This document shows, in pieces, positions 43,431 through 53,060 of a DNA stretch of 64,000 nt (positions within the stretch are counted from its first letter, which is position 1; each line of letters opens with the position of its first letter). A program made the translations under genes and the position numbers. The stretch is from an uncultured Candidatus Saccharibacteria bacterium (lineage in GTDB: Bacteria > Patescibacteriota > Saccharimonadia > CAILAD01 > BJGX01). The notes below the pieces were generated by a model that ran no database searches, had not been told where the DNA came from, and saw nothing but the letters and a program-made list of their open reading frames with translations. The DNA lies in NCBI GenBank assembly GCA_964425715.1, contig CAYRNO010000002.1, positions 5,443 to 69,442 on the forward strand. The letters run 5' to 3'.

Positions 43431-44516
43431 TTATTTGGAAATATTTTGTTCTAAGTAGGCTTCGATAAATTGTCCGATGTCGCCATTTAACACTCCACTA
43501 GTATCGGAGGTTTCGTAGTTGGTCCGATGATCTTTGACTTTGTTGTAGGGATGCAAGACATAACTGCGTATTTGTGCACCCCAATCTGCAGACTTGACCT
43601 TGCCACGCAATTTCTCAATATCATCAAGTTTTTGGGCGCGTGCTAGTTCGGAAAGTCTGGCAGCTAGTATGGAGAGAGCTGTGGCTTTATTCTTGAGCTG
43701 AGAACGTTCGTTTTGGATAGAAACAGTGGTGCCGGTAGGCAAGTGTGTGATACGCACTGCGCTATCGGTGGTATTGACGCTTTGTCCACCATGTCCGCCG
43801 GCTCGATATACATCGATGCGTAGATCCTTTTCATTGATATGCACTGCCTTATCATCTATTTGTGGTACTACATCGACTAAAGCAAATGACGTTTGGCGTA
43901 AATTATCGCTATTGAAGGGTGAAAGCCTTACAAGTCGATGGACACCTTTTTCACACCTAAGTAATCCATAGGCAAATGGTCCTGTGATAAGTAAAGTAGT
44001 AGACTTGATACCAGCTTCTTCACCAAAAGATGTATCGAGTATTTCTACCCCAAGGCCAGTTGAGTTGGCGTATTTGACATACATTTGCTGTAGCATTTGT
44101 GCCCAATCTTGAGCATCCGTCCCACCTACACCAGCTGATATCTGGACAATTGCAGGATTCTTATCGAATTCACCCGATAATTTTACGGCTACTAACATAG
44201 TATCGGCTCTAGTGCTGAGCTCTTTTAGGATATTATCAAATTCTATTTTGGCTGATTCTCCAGATTCTAGTTGTGCCAGATCAAGCGTAGTTTGAAGATC
44301 TGATTGAAGTTTTTGCCAACTTTCGATGTATTTCTTGAGTTCGCTTGCTTCGCGTGATATTTTCTCTGCATTGGCACTATCGCTCCAAAAATCCGGCTCG
44401 GCAATACAGTCTTCTAGTTTAGCTAGCTTGGATTGTTCAGACTCGATATCGAGTTGCTTGATTGCTAGATTGACTGACTCGAGTAATTTAGATAGTGAAT
44501 TTATGATAGGTTTCAT
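43431..44516 (-). CDS. prfB: peptide chain release factor 2 (single frame, no programmed frameshift)
   Basis: Start set at MKPIINS (ATG 44516-44514). The SPF tripeptide is in RLSPFNSDN and the GGQ motif is in RAGGHGGQSVNTTDSAVRITHLPTG. The ORF-track extension to 44675 is non-homologous read-through of the promoter region. Confidence 0.93.
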   Translation of the reverse strand: MKPIINSLSKLLESVNLAIKQLDIESEQSKLAKLEDCIAEPDFWSDSANAEKISREASELKKYIESWQKLQSDLQTTLDLAQLESGESAKIEFDNILKELSTRADTMLVAVKLSGEFDKNPAIVQISAGVGGTDAQDWAQMLQQMYVKYANSTGLGVEILDTSFGEEAGIKSTTLLITGPFAYGLLRCEKGVHRLVRLSPFNSDNLRQTSFALVDVVPQIDDKAVHINEKDLRIDVYRAGGHGGQSVNTTDSAVRITHLPTGTTVSIQNERSQLKNKATALSILAARLSELARAQKLDDIEKLRGKVKSADWGAQIRSYVLHPYNKVKDHRTNYETSDTSGVLNGDIGQFIEAYLEQNISK

Positions 44517-44587
44517 GATTATATTATAACAACTATCTTGTAAGAATGTTGATTTGTATCTAGCGTGGCTATACATAAGCATATTCT

Positions 44588-44616
44588 TTGCACATGTAGT
44601 GTAATTGAGATACAAT
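44588..44616 (+). promoter_or_regulatory. promoter (TTGCAC-17-TACAAT) placing the ftsE ATG at the predicted TSS (leaderless)
   Basis: TTGCAC at 44588-44593 and TACAAT at 44611-44616. ATG 44624 lies 7 nt after the -10, with no SD. Confidence 0.5.
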
Positions 44617-44623
44617 ATGACAT

Positions 44624-45304
44624 ATGATTCTACTAGATAGAGTCTCAGTGATGTACCCAAATAAAACGGTTGCATTGTCTGGTGTCTCTCTACATATAAA
44701 CCCCAAAGAATTTGTAACTATTGTCGGTGCCTCCGGGGCCGGCAAAAGCACACTTATACGTCTTTTAATCAAAGAAGAGGTACCTACAAGCGGCAAGATA
44801 ATTGTAGGAAGTATAGATTATGACACTATAGACAAAGCCAATATTCCGCATCTCAGACGTAGAATAGGTGTAGTATTCCAAGATTTCAAACTACTCCCGA
44901 ACATGACTGTATTTGAAAATGTGGCATTTGCACTAGAAGTATCTGGAGTGAGTAATCGCGAAATCAAACGAGCTGTTCCAAAAATCCTACAATTAGTAGG
45001 ACTTAGTGAGAAAATGCATAGTTATCCAAGTGAGTTATCTGGCGGTGAAAAGCAACGCACCGCGATAGCTAGAGCATTGGTAAGAAATCCCAAAATACTT
45101 ATCGCCGACGAGCCTACTGGCAATCTGGACCCCAAAAACTCATGGGATATTATAGAGCTATTGCTCAAAATAAATCGGTTTGGAACCACGGTACTTCTAA
45201 CTACTCACAACAAAGAAATAGTTGATGCATTGAAAAAAAGAGTCGTAACAATCAACCGTGGAAGAATAATTAAAGATGAAAAGATCGGGAGATATAGTCT
45301 ATGA
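44624..45304 (+). CDS. ftsE: cell-division ABC ATPase FtsE
   Basis: Walker A GASGAGKST, signature LSGGEKQRTAIARA and Walker B ILIADEPTGNLD. It is followed by ftsX with a 4-nt overlap. Confidence 0.9.
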   Translation: MILLDRVSVMYPNKTVALSGVSLHINPKEFVTIVGASGAGKSTLIRLLIKEEVPTSGKIIVGSIDYDTIDKANIPHLRRRIGVVFQDFKLLPNMTVFENVAFALEVSGVSNREIKRAVPKILQLVGLSEKMHSYPSELSGGEKQRTAIARALVRNPKILIADEPTGNLDPKNSWDIIELLLKINRFGTTVLLTTHNKEIVDALKKRVVTINRGRIIKDEKIGRYSL

Positions 45305-46215
45305 CTACATTACTCAGGATCTTAAAAACTGGATTTAGAAATATATTCAGAAACGCGTGGCTCAGTACTGCTGCTACAGCAATAATGGTGGTGACATTAT
45401 TGATAATGACGTTTTTTGCATTTTCAACTATATTTGTGAATACTCAGTTAGCTCAAGTCAGAGAAAAAATTGATCTAAGTATCTTCTTGTCTGATGATGC
45501 TACTCAAACTCAGATTCAAGAATTACAGTCTAAGCTGGGTGCGGTAGAAAATGTATCATCTGTAACCCTAGTAACAAAAGCAGATGCGCTTAAAAAATTG
45601 GAGAGCTCAAGTGAAGAGGGTCAAAAACTTGCCAAATCAGCATCTGAGATTGGCAATCCACTTCCAGCTAGTTTTGAAGTCAAATTAATCAATATCGACA
45701 AGATATCAGAAACAAATGCAAATATACGAGCTCTTGCAGAAGCTAAAATCGTTACTGACACGAGTTTTGACAACCGTGACGACAATAGAAAAGGGGTAGT
45801 AGAAAATGTCATTAGGATAAGCAACTCTGTAAGTCGTATAGGACTTGTTCTTAGTATTGTATTTTTGGTAATTGCACTACTTATCATATTCAACACAATA
45901 CGTATGGCAATATTCACTAGGCGTGAAGAAGTAGAAATTATGAAGCTAGTAGGTGCTACCAAATGGTTTATACGTGGGCCATTCTTGGTAGAAGGTGGGC
46001 TGTATGGTATCTTCGGTGCAATCATATCGCTTTTGATACTGATACCTTTCTCTCGTGCCATATCTTCGTTTTTGATAGAAAAATTAGGTGCAGGTCCAAC
46101 TCTAGAGTATTTTGTAGCTCACTTCTGGCTAATAGCTAGTGGAATGTTCGGAGTAGGAATACTCATCGGAGTTGTCTCTAGTTGGTTTGCACTTATTAGA
46201 TATCTCAAGCTGTAG
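45301..46215 (+). CDS. ftsX: cell-division permease-like protein FtsX
   Basis: FtsX topology: TM1, a large extracytoplasmic loop, then three C-terminal TM helices, with the MKLVGATKWFIRGPF motif. Confidence 0.85.
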   Translation: MTTLLRILKTGFRNIFRNAWLSTAATAIMVVTLLIMTFFAFSTIFVNTQLAQVREKIDLSIFLSDDATQTQIQELQSKLGAVENVSSVTLVTKADALKKLESSSEEGQKLAKSASEIGNPLPASFEVKLINIDKISETNANIRALAEAKIVTDTSFDNRDDNRKGVVENVIRISNSVSRIGLVLSIVFLVIALLIIFNTIRMAIFTRREEVEIMKLVGATKWFIRGPFLVEGGLYGIFGAIISLLILIPFSRAISSFLIEKLGAGPTLEYFVAHFWLIASGMFGVGILIGVVSSWFALIRYLKL

Positions 46216-46285
46216 TATTCAAGCATAACCTATTTGATTTAGTATAAAAAAATTGGTATAATATGATAGGTCAAAGGAGGGTGAC

Positions 46286-47398
46286 ATACAAATCAATACT
46301 ATAAAAACAAAATTATTTACAGCTCTAAGCATAGCTATAGTAGCTGTTTTGTTGTCTCTAGTATCATCTAGTGGTATTGCCTATGCCGATGAATTTGATG
46401 CCCAAATAAATGCACTTAAAACACAGATCAATCAAAATCAAGCTGCGGCCAATCAGAAACGCAACGAAGCAGATACACTGCAAAATAAACTAGATACTAT
46501 CAATGCCCAGATAAGAGCCGCCGAAGCTTCTCTGAATCTTACTAAAACTCAGATATCCAATACCAATCAGCAAATAGAAGATCAAAATAAAGAACTTAAT
46601 CGTCAAAGAAATATTCTTAAAGAAAACTTGCGAATTATCTACAAACAAGGTGAAGTTACTCCGCTAGAAATAATTGCATCTAGTAAAAATCTGAGTGATT
46701 TTATAGCACAACAACAATATTTTAACGCTATAAAAAATAAAATAGAACAAAATCTAATAAAAATTGATCAAATAAAAAAAGAACTGGACAATAAGAAGGC
46801 AGAATTGACCAGTCTGTCTGCTCAACAACAAGGACAAGTAGATTCAATAGCAACACAAAGAGCTGAACAGTCTAATATCTTGAGTCAAACCAGGGGAGAT
46901 GAAGCAAGGTATCAGCAGATAGTAAGTGAAGCTAAGAAGCAATTGACTGCCGCTCAAGCCGCTCAAGCCGCAAGTATTGCATCAGCATCTTCAAATAATA
47001 CTTATGGGGGAACCGGCGGATACCCTTGGGTAAATGCACCATGGCCAAACCTACTGGCTGATTATTGGAATTTTTATCAAAGACAATGCACATCGTATGC
47101 GGTTTGGAGATTTTCTGCACTACATCCTGGTAAACCTATACCTACCTGGTGGGGTACAATTGTTCCGACCAATGCCAAGCATTTTCCCGCACGCGCATCG
47201 GTAACTCCGGGATTTAGCGTGAGTTCTACCCCTCGAGTTGGAGACATTGCTATCTATTCCGCTGGCGAGTATGGGCATGCTATGATAGTAGAGAGTATTA
47301 ACGGCAACACCGTAAGAGTGAGCCAGTACAACGCTGGATGGGACGGCCGATACTCTGAGAGTACTTGGCCAATATCAGCGTTAACATTTATTCACTAG
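46286..47398 (+). CDS. secreted coiled-coil CHAP-domain peptidoglycan hydrolase (PcsB-like); start codon uncertain (probable ATA 46286, canonical TTG 46349)
   Basis: A long coiled coil precedes a C-terminal CHAP domain (QCTSYAVWRF...GHAMIVES). The frame is open from 46262. GGAGG (46276-46280) lies 5 nt before ATA 46286, and starting there restores a full signal peptide (QINTIKTKLFTALSIAIVAVLLSLVSSSGIAYA). Confidence 0.8.
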   Translation: MQINTIKTKLFTALSIAIVAVLLSLVSSSGIAYADEFDAQINALKTQINQNQAAANQKRNEADTLQNKLDTINAQIRAAEASLNLTKTQISNTNQQIEDQNKELNRQRNILKENLRIIYKQGEVTPLEIIASSKNLSDFIAQQQYFNAIKNKIEQNLIKIDQIKKELDNKKAELTSLSAQQQGQVDSIATQRAEQSNILSQTRGDEARYQQIVSEAKKQLTAAQAAQAASIASASSNNTYGGTGGYPWVNAPWPNLLADYWNFYQRQCTSYAVWRFSALHPGKPIPTWWGTIVPTNAKHFPARASVTPGFSVSSTPRVGDIAIYSAGEYGHAMIVESINGNTVRVSQYNAGWDGRYSESTWPISALTFIH

Positions 47399-47407
47399 GA
47401 GGAAATA

Positions 47408-48514
47408 TTGAATTTAGTTAGAAACAGAGTCATCACAAATCTGGGCATCTGGACAACAGCGATCATAGTCTTGTTGGCTGGATTTGTGTACAATCCTACA
47501 CAGGTCAATGCTGAGAGTGCACAGGAAAAGATTAATCGACTCAATAAAGAGATACAACAATATCAAGAAGCTGCAAATGCAAAACGCTCTGAGGCCAACA
47601 CCCTCAAAGACGTATTAGCTAATCTTACGGCCGAAATTACAACTGCTCAAAAGGCATTGGATTTGACCTCGGCCCAAATCAGCGAAAACACTGCGCAAAT
47701 AGATAGAGCCAATCAAGACCTCGATCGACAAAAAACTATTCTCAAAGACAATCTGAAGGTGGTTTATAAGCAAGGAGAGGTAACTCCAATAGAGATAATT
47801 GCTTCCAGTAAGAATCTTAGTGATTTTGTATCGCAACAAGAATACTATTCTGCTATCAAAAAGCGTATTGATGAAAATTTGGTCAAGATAAATGAACTCA
47901 AAAAAGAATTGGATACAAGACGCGCAGAACTTACTGAACTGTCTACCAAACAAAGAGGTCAAGTAAATGCTATAGCCGAAAAACGCGCTCAACAATCAAG
48001 TCTACTCGCTAAGACCCAGGGTGAGGAAGCGAACTATCAAAAAGTAGCCTCTGATCTTGCTGCTCAACGAAAACAAGCAGAAGACCAGGTGCGTGCACAA
48101 GCAGCAGCTGCGGTGGCGGCATTTCGATCAGGCAAATTAGTTAGCCTTGGCAATGTGAATACCGGTGACATAATAGGCTATATGGGAAGTACTGGTAATT
48201 CTACTGGTACCCATTTGCATTTTTCAGTCTTAAATTCTAGCGGTGGGTTTATCAATCCAAATGGATCTGGATTTAATTATGCACAAGCTACCACTGGAGT
48301 GGTAACTCAAAACTACGGCACTGCCACTTGTTCAGTGTGTGGATATAGTTTTCATAATGGTATAGATATAGCAAACCCATCAAATCCTCCAGTACGAGCT
48401 GTTGCTGCTGGACAGATCATTTTCAATGGCTGGGATCCATATGGATTTGGTCATAAGGTCATGATATTACATCCTAACGGCTATATTACCTTGTACGCTC
48501 ACCTACTTAATTAA
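47408..48514 (+). CDS. secreted coiled-coil M23 (LytM-type) peptidase (EnvC-like), paralogue of the preceding gene in its coiled-coil half
   Basis: GGAGG-N5-TTG start. The coiled coil is nearly colinear with the CHAP protein (VYKQGEVTPIEIIASSKNLSDF...). The C-terminal M23 motifs are GSTGNSTGTHLHF and HNGIDI. Confidence 0.85.
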   Translation: MNLVRNRVITNLGIWTTAIIVLLAGFVYNPTQVNAESAQEKINRLNKEIQQYQEAANAKRSEANTLKDVLANLTAEITTAQKALDLTSAQISENTAQIDRANQDLDRQKTILKDNLKVVYKQGEVTPIEIIASSKNLSDFVSQQEYYSAIKKRIDENLVKINELKKELDTRRAELTELSTKQRGQVNAIAEKRAQQSSLLAKTQGEEANYQKVASDLAAQRKQAEDQVRAQAAAAVAAFRSGKLVSLGNVNTGDIIGYMGSTGNSTGTHLHFSVLNSSGGFINPNGSGFNYAQATTGVVTQNYGTATCSVCGYSFHNGIDIANPSNPPVRAVAAGQIIFNGWDPYGFGHKVMILHPNGYITLYAHLLN

Positions 48515-48534
48515 ATTCAGACACCAATATATAT

Positions 48535-49773
48535 ATGCAAAACCAGACCAATCCAGATAAAGAAACTATAAAAAATAAAAACAATAATTATTTGAAATTT
48601 TCTATTATTGCTATCGTATTTTTTATATTTGGATATTTTGTCAATGCAGTAGGCCCAAGCATATCGATTGGTCCGACCAAAATAAGCCAAAATAGCAAAA
48701 TAGAACTAACAAAATTCTGGAAAGTTAATGATATACTACATGCCAAATACGATGGAGATATTTCTGCTGAAAAACAAAGTGAAGGAGCAACCGCTGGTAT
48801 GGTCGCATCGCTCGGAGATCCCTATACTACTTATCTAGATGCCAAGTCCAATAACGAACTAAATGATCAACTCGCTGGAAAATTAAGCGGGATTGGTATA
48901 GAAATAGGTATTAAGAACAATAGACTTACAGTAGTAGCCCCTATAGACGGTACACCTGCGTCAAAAGCTGGACTCAGGGCTGGAGATATCATTGTATCAA
49001 TTGATGGACAAGATACTTCTAACATGACGGTAGATGAAGCAGTGACAAAGATAAGAGGCCAAAAAGGGACAGAAGTCAAACTAGGTATAATCCATCCGGG
49101 GAGCTCTCTGGAGGAAATAACCATTGTTCGAGATGATATTACTGTGCCGAGTGTAAGCTATGAAATCAAGCCAAACAACATTGGATATATCAAGATTAGT
49201 ACTTTTGGAAGTGACACCGCAAGCCAGATTGAAAAAATTGCAAATGAGTTTAGTGCCAAGGGGGTCAAAGCGATAGTTCTAGATGTAAGAGATAACCCAG
49301 GCGGATATCTTGATAGTGCTGTGAAGATAAGTTCAGAATTCTTAAAAGAAGGCGTGATAGTCAAAGAAAAATCAAAACATTCCAAGGACAAAACATTCTC
49401 AGCCAGTGGTACTGGTAAATTGACGAATATACCTATCATAATGCTTATCAATGGTGGTTCGGCATCGGCTTCTGAAATACTTGCAGGAGCATTACACGAT
49501 AACGGTAGAGCTACACTAGTAGGTGAGAAGACATTTGGTAAAGGTAGCGTACAAGAGATAGTGTGTCTCAAAGAAGGTGGGCCTATTCTAAGCTCAGAGT
49601 GTAAGTCAGATGCACTGAAGGTAACTATCGCCCACTGGTTCACCCCCAAAGACGTGAATATCTCCAAGGAAGGCATTAAACCAGATATAGAAGTTAAGCT
49701 ATCAAATGAAGATTATAATGCTAATCTAGATCCTCAGCTTACAAAAGCTTTAGAAATTGCAAGCCAAAAGTAA
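48535..49773 (+). CDS. C-terminal processing (S41, Ctp/Tsp-like) serine protease with PDZ domain
   Basis: PDZ (SKAGLRAGDIIVSIDGQ), the S41 core GGSASASEILAGAL and TFGKGSVQ. Confidence 0.88.
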   Translation: MQNQTNPDKETIKNKNNNYLKFSIIAIVFFIFGYFVNAVGPSISIGPTKISQNSKIELTKFWKVNDILHAKYDGDISAEKQSEGATAGMVASLGDPYTTYLDAKSNNELNDQLAGKLSGIGIEIGIKNNRLTVVAPIDGTPASKAGLRAGDIIVSIDGQDTSNMTVDEAVTKIRGQKGTEVKLGIIHPGSSLEEITIVRDDITVPSVSYEIKPNNIGYIKISTFGSDTASQIEKIANEFSAKGVKAIVLDVRDNPGGYLDSAVKISSEFLKEGVIVKEKSKHSKDKTFSASGTGKLTNIPIIMLINGGSASASEILAGALHDNGRATLVGEKTFGKGSVQEIVCLKEGGPILSSECKSDALKVTIAHWFTPKDVNISKEGIKPDIEVKLSNEDYNANLDPQLTKALEIASQK

Positions 49774-49867
49774 ATTTACAATAGAATATTGGATTAATAT
49801 TCAAAAACTATTGCCGAGTAAGCGTCATAAGCAGTATCATATATGTATAAGTGAGGGGATTTTAAAT

Positions 49868-51541
49868 ATGAAAAAGAAAACAAAAAAGCAAACCAAGCAT
49901 ACAAAATATATTTTTGTAACTGGTGGTGTCGTCTCAGGATTAGGAAAGGGAATTACTGCAGCAAGCCTCGGGAAAATTTTATGCTCTCGAGGTTTTTTAG
50001 TAAATATTCAAAAATGTGACCCGTATCTCAATACCGATGCTGGTACACTCAACCCTTCCGAGCATGGAGAAGTCTTCGTGACCCATGATGGAGCTGAGAC
50101 TGATCTAGATCTGGGTCATTACGAAAGGTTTATTGACAGAGAACTCGACAAATCTAGTTCGGCAATATCGGGACAAATATTCTCTAGTGTGATAGAAAAT
50201 GAGCGCAAAGGAAAATACTTGGGCAAAACTGTGCAAATAATTCCTCATGTAACTGATGAGATTCAGCGTAGAATCATAGATGCTGGTAAAGGATTCGACA
50301 TACATATCGTGGAGATTGGTGGCACAGTTGGAGACTATGAAGCGATGGCTTTTATCGAGGCTATCAGACAGATGAAACAAAAGGTAGGTCAAGAGAATGT
50401 ACTCTATGCACACCTGGTCTTTTTGCCGTTTTTGGAGGCTAGTAAGGAATTAAAAACCAAACCAGCTCAAAATAGTGTTCGTGATCTAAGAGAAGCGGGC
50501 GTATTGCCTGATGTACTATTTGTAAGGACTGATCACCCAATTAGTGCCGAAGCACTCAATAAAATGAGTTTGTACTGTGATGTGGATAAAGATGCAATTG
50601 TTGCGCTTCAAACTGCCAAGTCTGTATATGAAGTACCTCTTAGTATGGAAAATACCGGTATAGGTGAATATATACTGAAGCACTTTAAATTGTCCAATAA
50701 GACCCCAGACTTGATTGAATGGAGTATGCTAGCAGATAAAATAAAGGATTTGAAAAAAGAAGTATCTGTAGGAGTCATCGCCAAATATATGGCTCATGAA
50801 GATACATATATGAGCGTTTTCGAGGCGATAAAAGCAGCTGGATGGAGCAATAATACAAAAGTAAATATTGAGTGGATAAATGCTGAGAATGTGCAATTTA
50901 TCAATAAGGATATTTCTAAGCTGGATGGCATAGTAGTACCGGGTGGATTTGGTGATAGAGGAGTTGAAGGGAAAATAGCTGCTGCTAAGTATGCCAGAGA
51001 AAATAATTTGCCCTATCTTGGACTATGTTTGGGCATGCAAGTAGCAGTGATAGAATTTGCTAGACATATATTAGTAACTGATGATGCCAACTCAACTGAA
51101 TTTGATAAAAACACAAAAAACCCCGTCATACATATTATGCCGGGTCAGCTAGGAGTACAACTAGGGGGTTCGATGCGTCTTGGCAATTATCCGTGTGTTA
51201 TTACTAAAAATACTCGAGCACACCTTGCATACCAAAAAACTAAAATCATCGAGCGACATCGCCATAGATTCGAGTTTAATAATAAATATCGAGATATTTT
51301 TAGTAAAAATGGAATGAAATTTAGTGGAATAAATCCGGATTCCAATCTAGTGGAAATCATTGAGCTTGAAGGCCACCCGTTCTTTGTAGCTAGTCAATTT
51401 CATCCCGAATTCAAATCCAGACCAAATCGTGCACATCCATTGTTTGTAGACTTTATTGCAGCTGTTAATAGAAGGAATGACTTGAATTCTAAAAATAATG
51501 CTTCTAGTGCAAATGTTCAGCACGAAGTACTAAATAATTAG
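49868..51541 (+). CDS. pyrG: CTP synthase
   Basis: Start set at ATG 49868 (MKKKTKKQTKHTKYIFVTGGVVSGLGKG), preceded by GAGGGG. The C-terminal glutamine amidotransferase has GLCLGMQ and HRHRFE. Confidence 0.95.
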   Translation: MKKKTKKQTKHTKYIFVTGGVVSGLGKGITAASLGKILCSRGFLVNIQKCDPYLNTDAGTLNPSEHGEVFVTHDGAETDLDLGHYERFIDRELDKSSSAISGQIFSSVIENERKGKYLGKTVQIIPHVTDEIQRRIIDAGKGFDIHIVEIGGTVGDYEAMAFIEAIRQMKQKVGQENVLYAHLVFLPFLEASKELKTKPAQNSVRDLREAGVLPDVLFVRTDHPISAEALNKMSLYCDVDKDAIVALQTAKSVYEVPLSMENTGIGEYILKHFKLSNKTPDLIEWSMLADKIKDLKKEVSVGVIAKYMAHEDTYMSVFEAIKAAGWSNNTKVNIEWINAENVQFINKDISKLDGIVVPGGFGDRGVEGKIAAAKYARENNLPYLGLCLGMQVAVIEFARHILVTDDANSTEFDKNTKNPVIHIMPGQLGVQLGGSMRLGNYPCVITKNTRAHLAYQKTKIIERHRHRFEFNNKYRDIFSKNGMKFSGINPDSNLVEIIELEGHPFFVASQFHPEFKSRPNRAHPLFVDFIAAVNRRNDLNSKNNASSANVQHEVLNN

Positions 51542-51549
51542 AGTATTAT

Positions 51550-51828
51550 TTAATTTGCAACGACATTGACGAGTGTCTTACGATGTTTGGAGCCGGTAAA
51601 TGTTGTGCGTTTTAGTGTGGAGAATTTTACTACACCTGAAGTTGTAGAAAAAATGGTGTAGTCTTTTCCTGTGCTCACTCCAGTGCCGGGGTAGAATTTC
51701 GTACCTCTTTGTCTAACTATAATATCTCCAGGTTTTACTTCCTGGCCACCATATAACTTGACTCCTAGACGTTTTGATTGCGAATCGCGACCATTCTTGG
51801 ACGATCCACCTGCTTTAGTCTTTGACAT
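51550..51828 (-). CDS. rpmA: 50S ribosomal protein L27
   Basis: [43 protein letters not shown]. Confidence 0.95.
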   Translation of the reverse strand: MSKTKAGGSSKNGRDSQSKRLGVKLYGGQEVKPGDIIVRQRGTKFYPGTGVSTGKDYTIFSTTSGVVKFSTLKRTTFTGSKHRKTLVNVVAN

Positions 51829-51835
51829 TTCTTCC

Positions 51836-52993
51836 TTACTTATTAGTTTTAAGTGATATAATCTGTCTTCCTACGATTTGATTATCTCTTTTGTATATAA
51901 TCTTGTCGTAGGGAACAGATTGAAACTGATTAATAGTATAACCCAGTTTTTGTATTTGGTCAATAATATTAAGACATTCAAGACCCCCCGAAATCTTCCA
52001 GCAGGGCAATGCCAATACGATACTTTCAGGTACTCTAGAGGCTTGTTTGATACTTCTCAGAAAATCTAAATATAACGGTGATAATTGATTGCGAAAACCC
52101 TGAATGTCGCCTGTGCTTGGCATATGATGCAGAGGAGACCCTAAGTATCCTTCTGTAACTATGTGGTATTTGGCTTCAGGTATCTTCGTAAGCTTCGTGG
52201 CGTCGGCATTGAATAATTTAAAATGTTTAATTGTAGAGAAATTGTCATGAAGCCAATTTAGGTTTAACTGTGAACACTTGACCATTTTATCGGAAATATC
52301 AGATCCCCAGGTTTCGAAGTTTTGAAGTAGTGCTTCTTGTAATACAATCCCGCTTCCACAAAATGGATCATACACTATAGCACCTTCTTGAACTTTGGCC
52401 ATGTTTATCATGCTTTGAGCAAGTTTTGGGGGGAACATACCTACCTTCATATCCCTACACGGTCTTCCATAATCTCGTTTGGAGTAAGCGTCTATATCTT
52501 GTACAGCATAAGTTTCACCGATGACAACATGATTTTTTGAAAAAGCAATTATTAGCTCAATGCCATTTGTCACCAATTTGTTATGTTTTATTTGAGCTGC
52601 ATTCAAAATGTAATTATTTGATTCTACAAAACGACTTTTAAGATTATATTTTGCAAGATATTTTTTAGAGCTTATAAGTAATTTTTTATATGTCTTGTGA
52701 CTAAAATTTTTACCATATATACTAATTCCAAAGTCTAGACTACTTATATTCTTGCTTTTGGTGATTTCTAGTAGTATTTCGGGTATTTTTGTAGTGATAT
52801 CTGTATCATTTTCTAAGTGCTCTATAACTTTAGCTAGTTTTATAACTGAACCAAATTTACTAATCTCTGGAAGGGTATTATTCTTATTTTGAAATACAAC
52901 ACAATCCAAGCTGATCTTCTCGAAATCGCCCAACTCTGACTCTAGTTCAGCGTAGGCTAAGTTTGTTTCTCGTCCGATGATTGCACATAGCAT
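51836..52993 (-). CDS. putative RNA/DNA N-methyltransferase (UPF0020-type SAM-dependent)
   Basis: The C-terminal half carries [15 protein letters not shown] (motif I). The N-terminal ~170 aa could be a THUMP-like RNA-binding module. The substrate is unknown. Confidence 0.5.
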   Translation of the reverse strand: MLCAIIGRETNLAYAELESELGDFEKISLDCVVFQNKNNTLPEISKFGSVIKLAKVIEHLENDTDITTKIPEILLEITKSKNISSLDFGISIYGKNFSHKTYKKLLISSKKYLAKYNLKSRFVESNNYILNAAQIKHNKLVTNGIELIIAFSKNHVVIGETYAVQDIDAYSKRDYGRPCRDMKVGMFPPKLAQSMINMAKVQEGAIVYDPFCGSGIVLQEALLQNFETWGSDISDKMVKCSQLNLNWLHDNFSTIKHFKLFNADATKLTKIPEAKYHIVTEGYLGSPLHHMPSTGDIQGFRNQLSPLYLDFLRSIKQASRVPESIVLALPCWKISGGLECLNIIDQIQKLGYTINQFQSVPYDKIIYKRDNQIVGRQIISLKTNK

Positions 52994-53060
52994 AGTATTA
53001 TTATAATTGAATTTGCGCAGAGTAACCGCATAATAAGGTACAATATAAGTAGAAAAATAT

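Noticed and set aside
44517-44675. A long N-terminal extension of prfB (ORF-track start 44675), or a programmed +1 frameshift site.
   Set aside because: The extension has no RF2 homology, covers the divergent promoter region and overlaps ftsE. RF2 homology begins at MKPIINS (44516). The whole protein is in one frame, and there is no in-frame UGA or SD-like frameshift cassette.
49757-49867. An upstream extension of pyrG (ORF-track start 49757) overlapping the ctp gene.
   Set aside because: CTP synthase homology starts at MKKKT...YIFVTGGVVSGLGKG (ATG 49868), which has GAGGGG upstream. The extension covers the ctp stop and a promoter-like TTGCCG-18-TATCAT.
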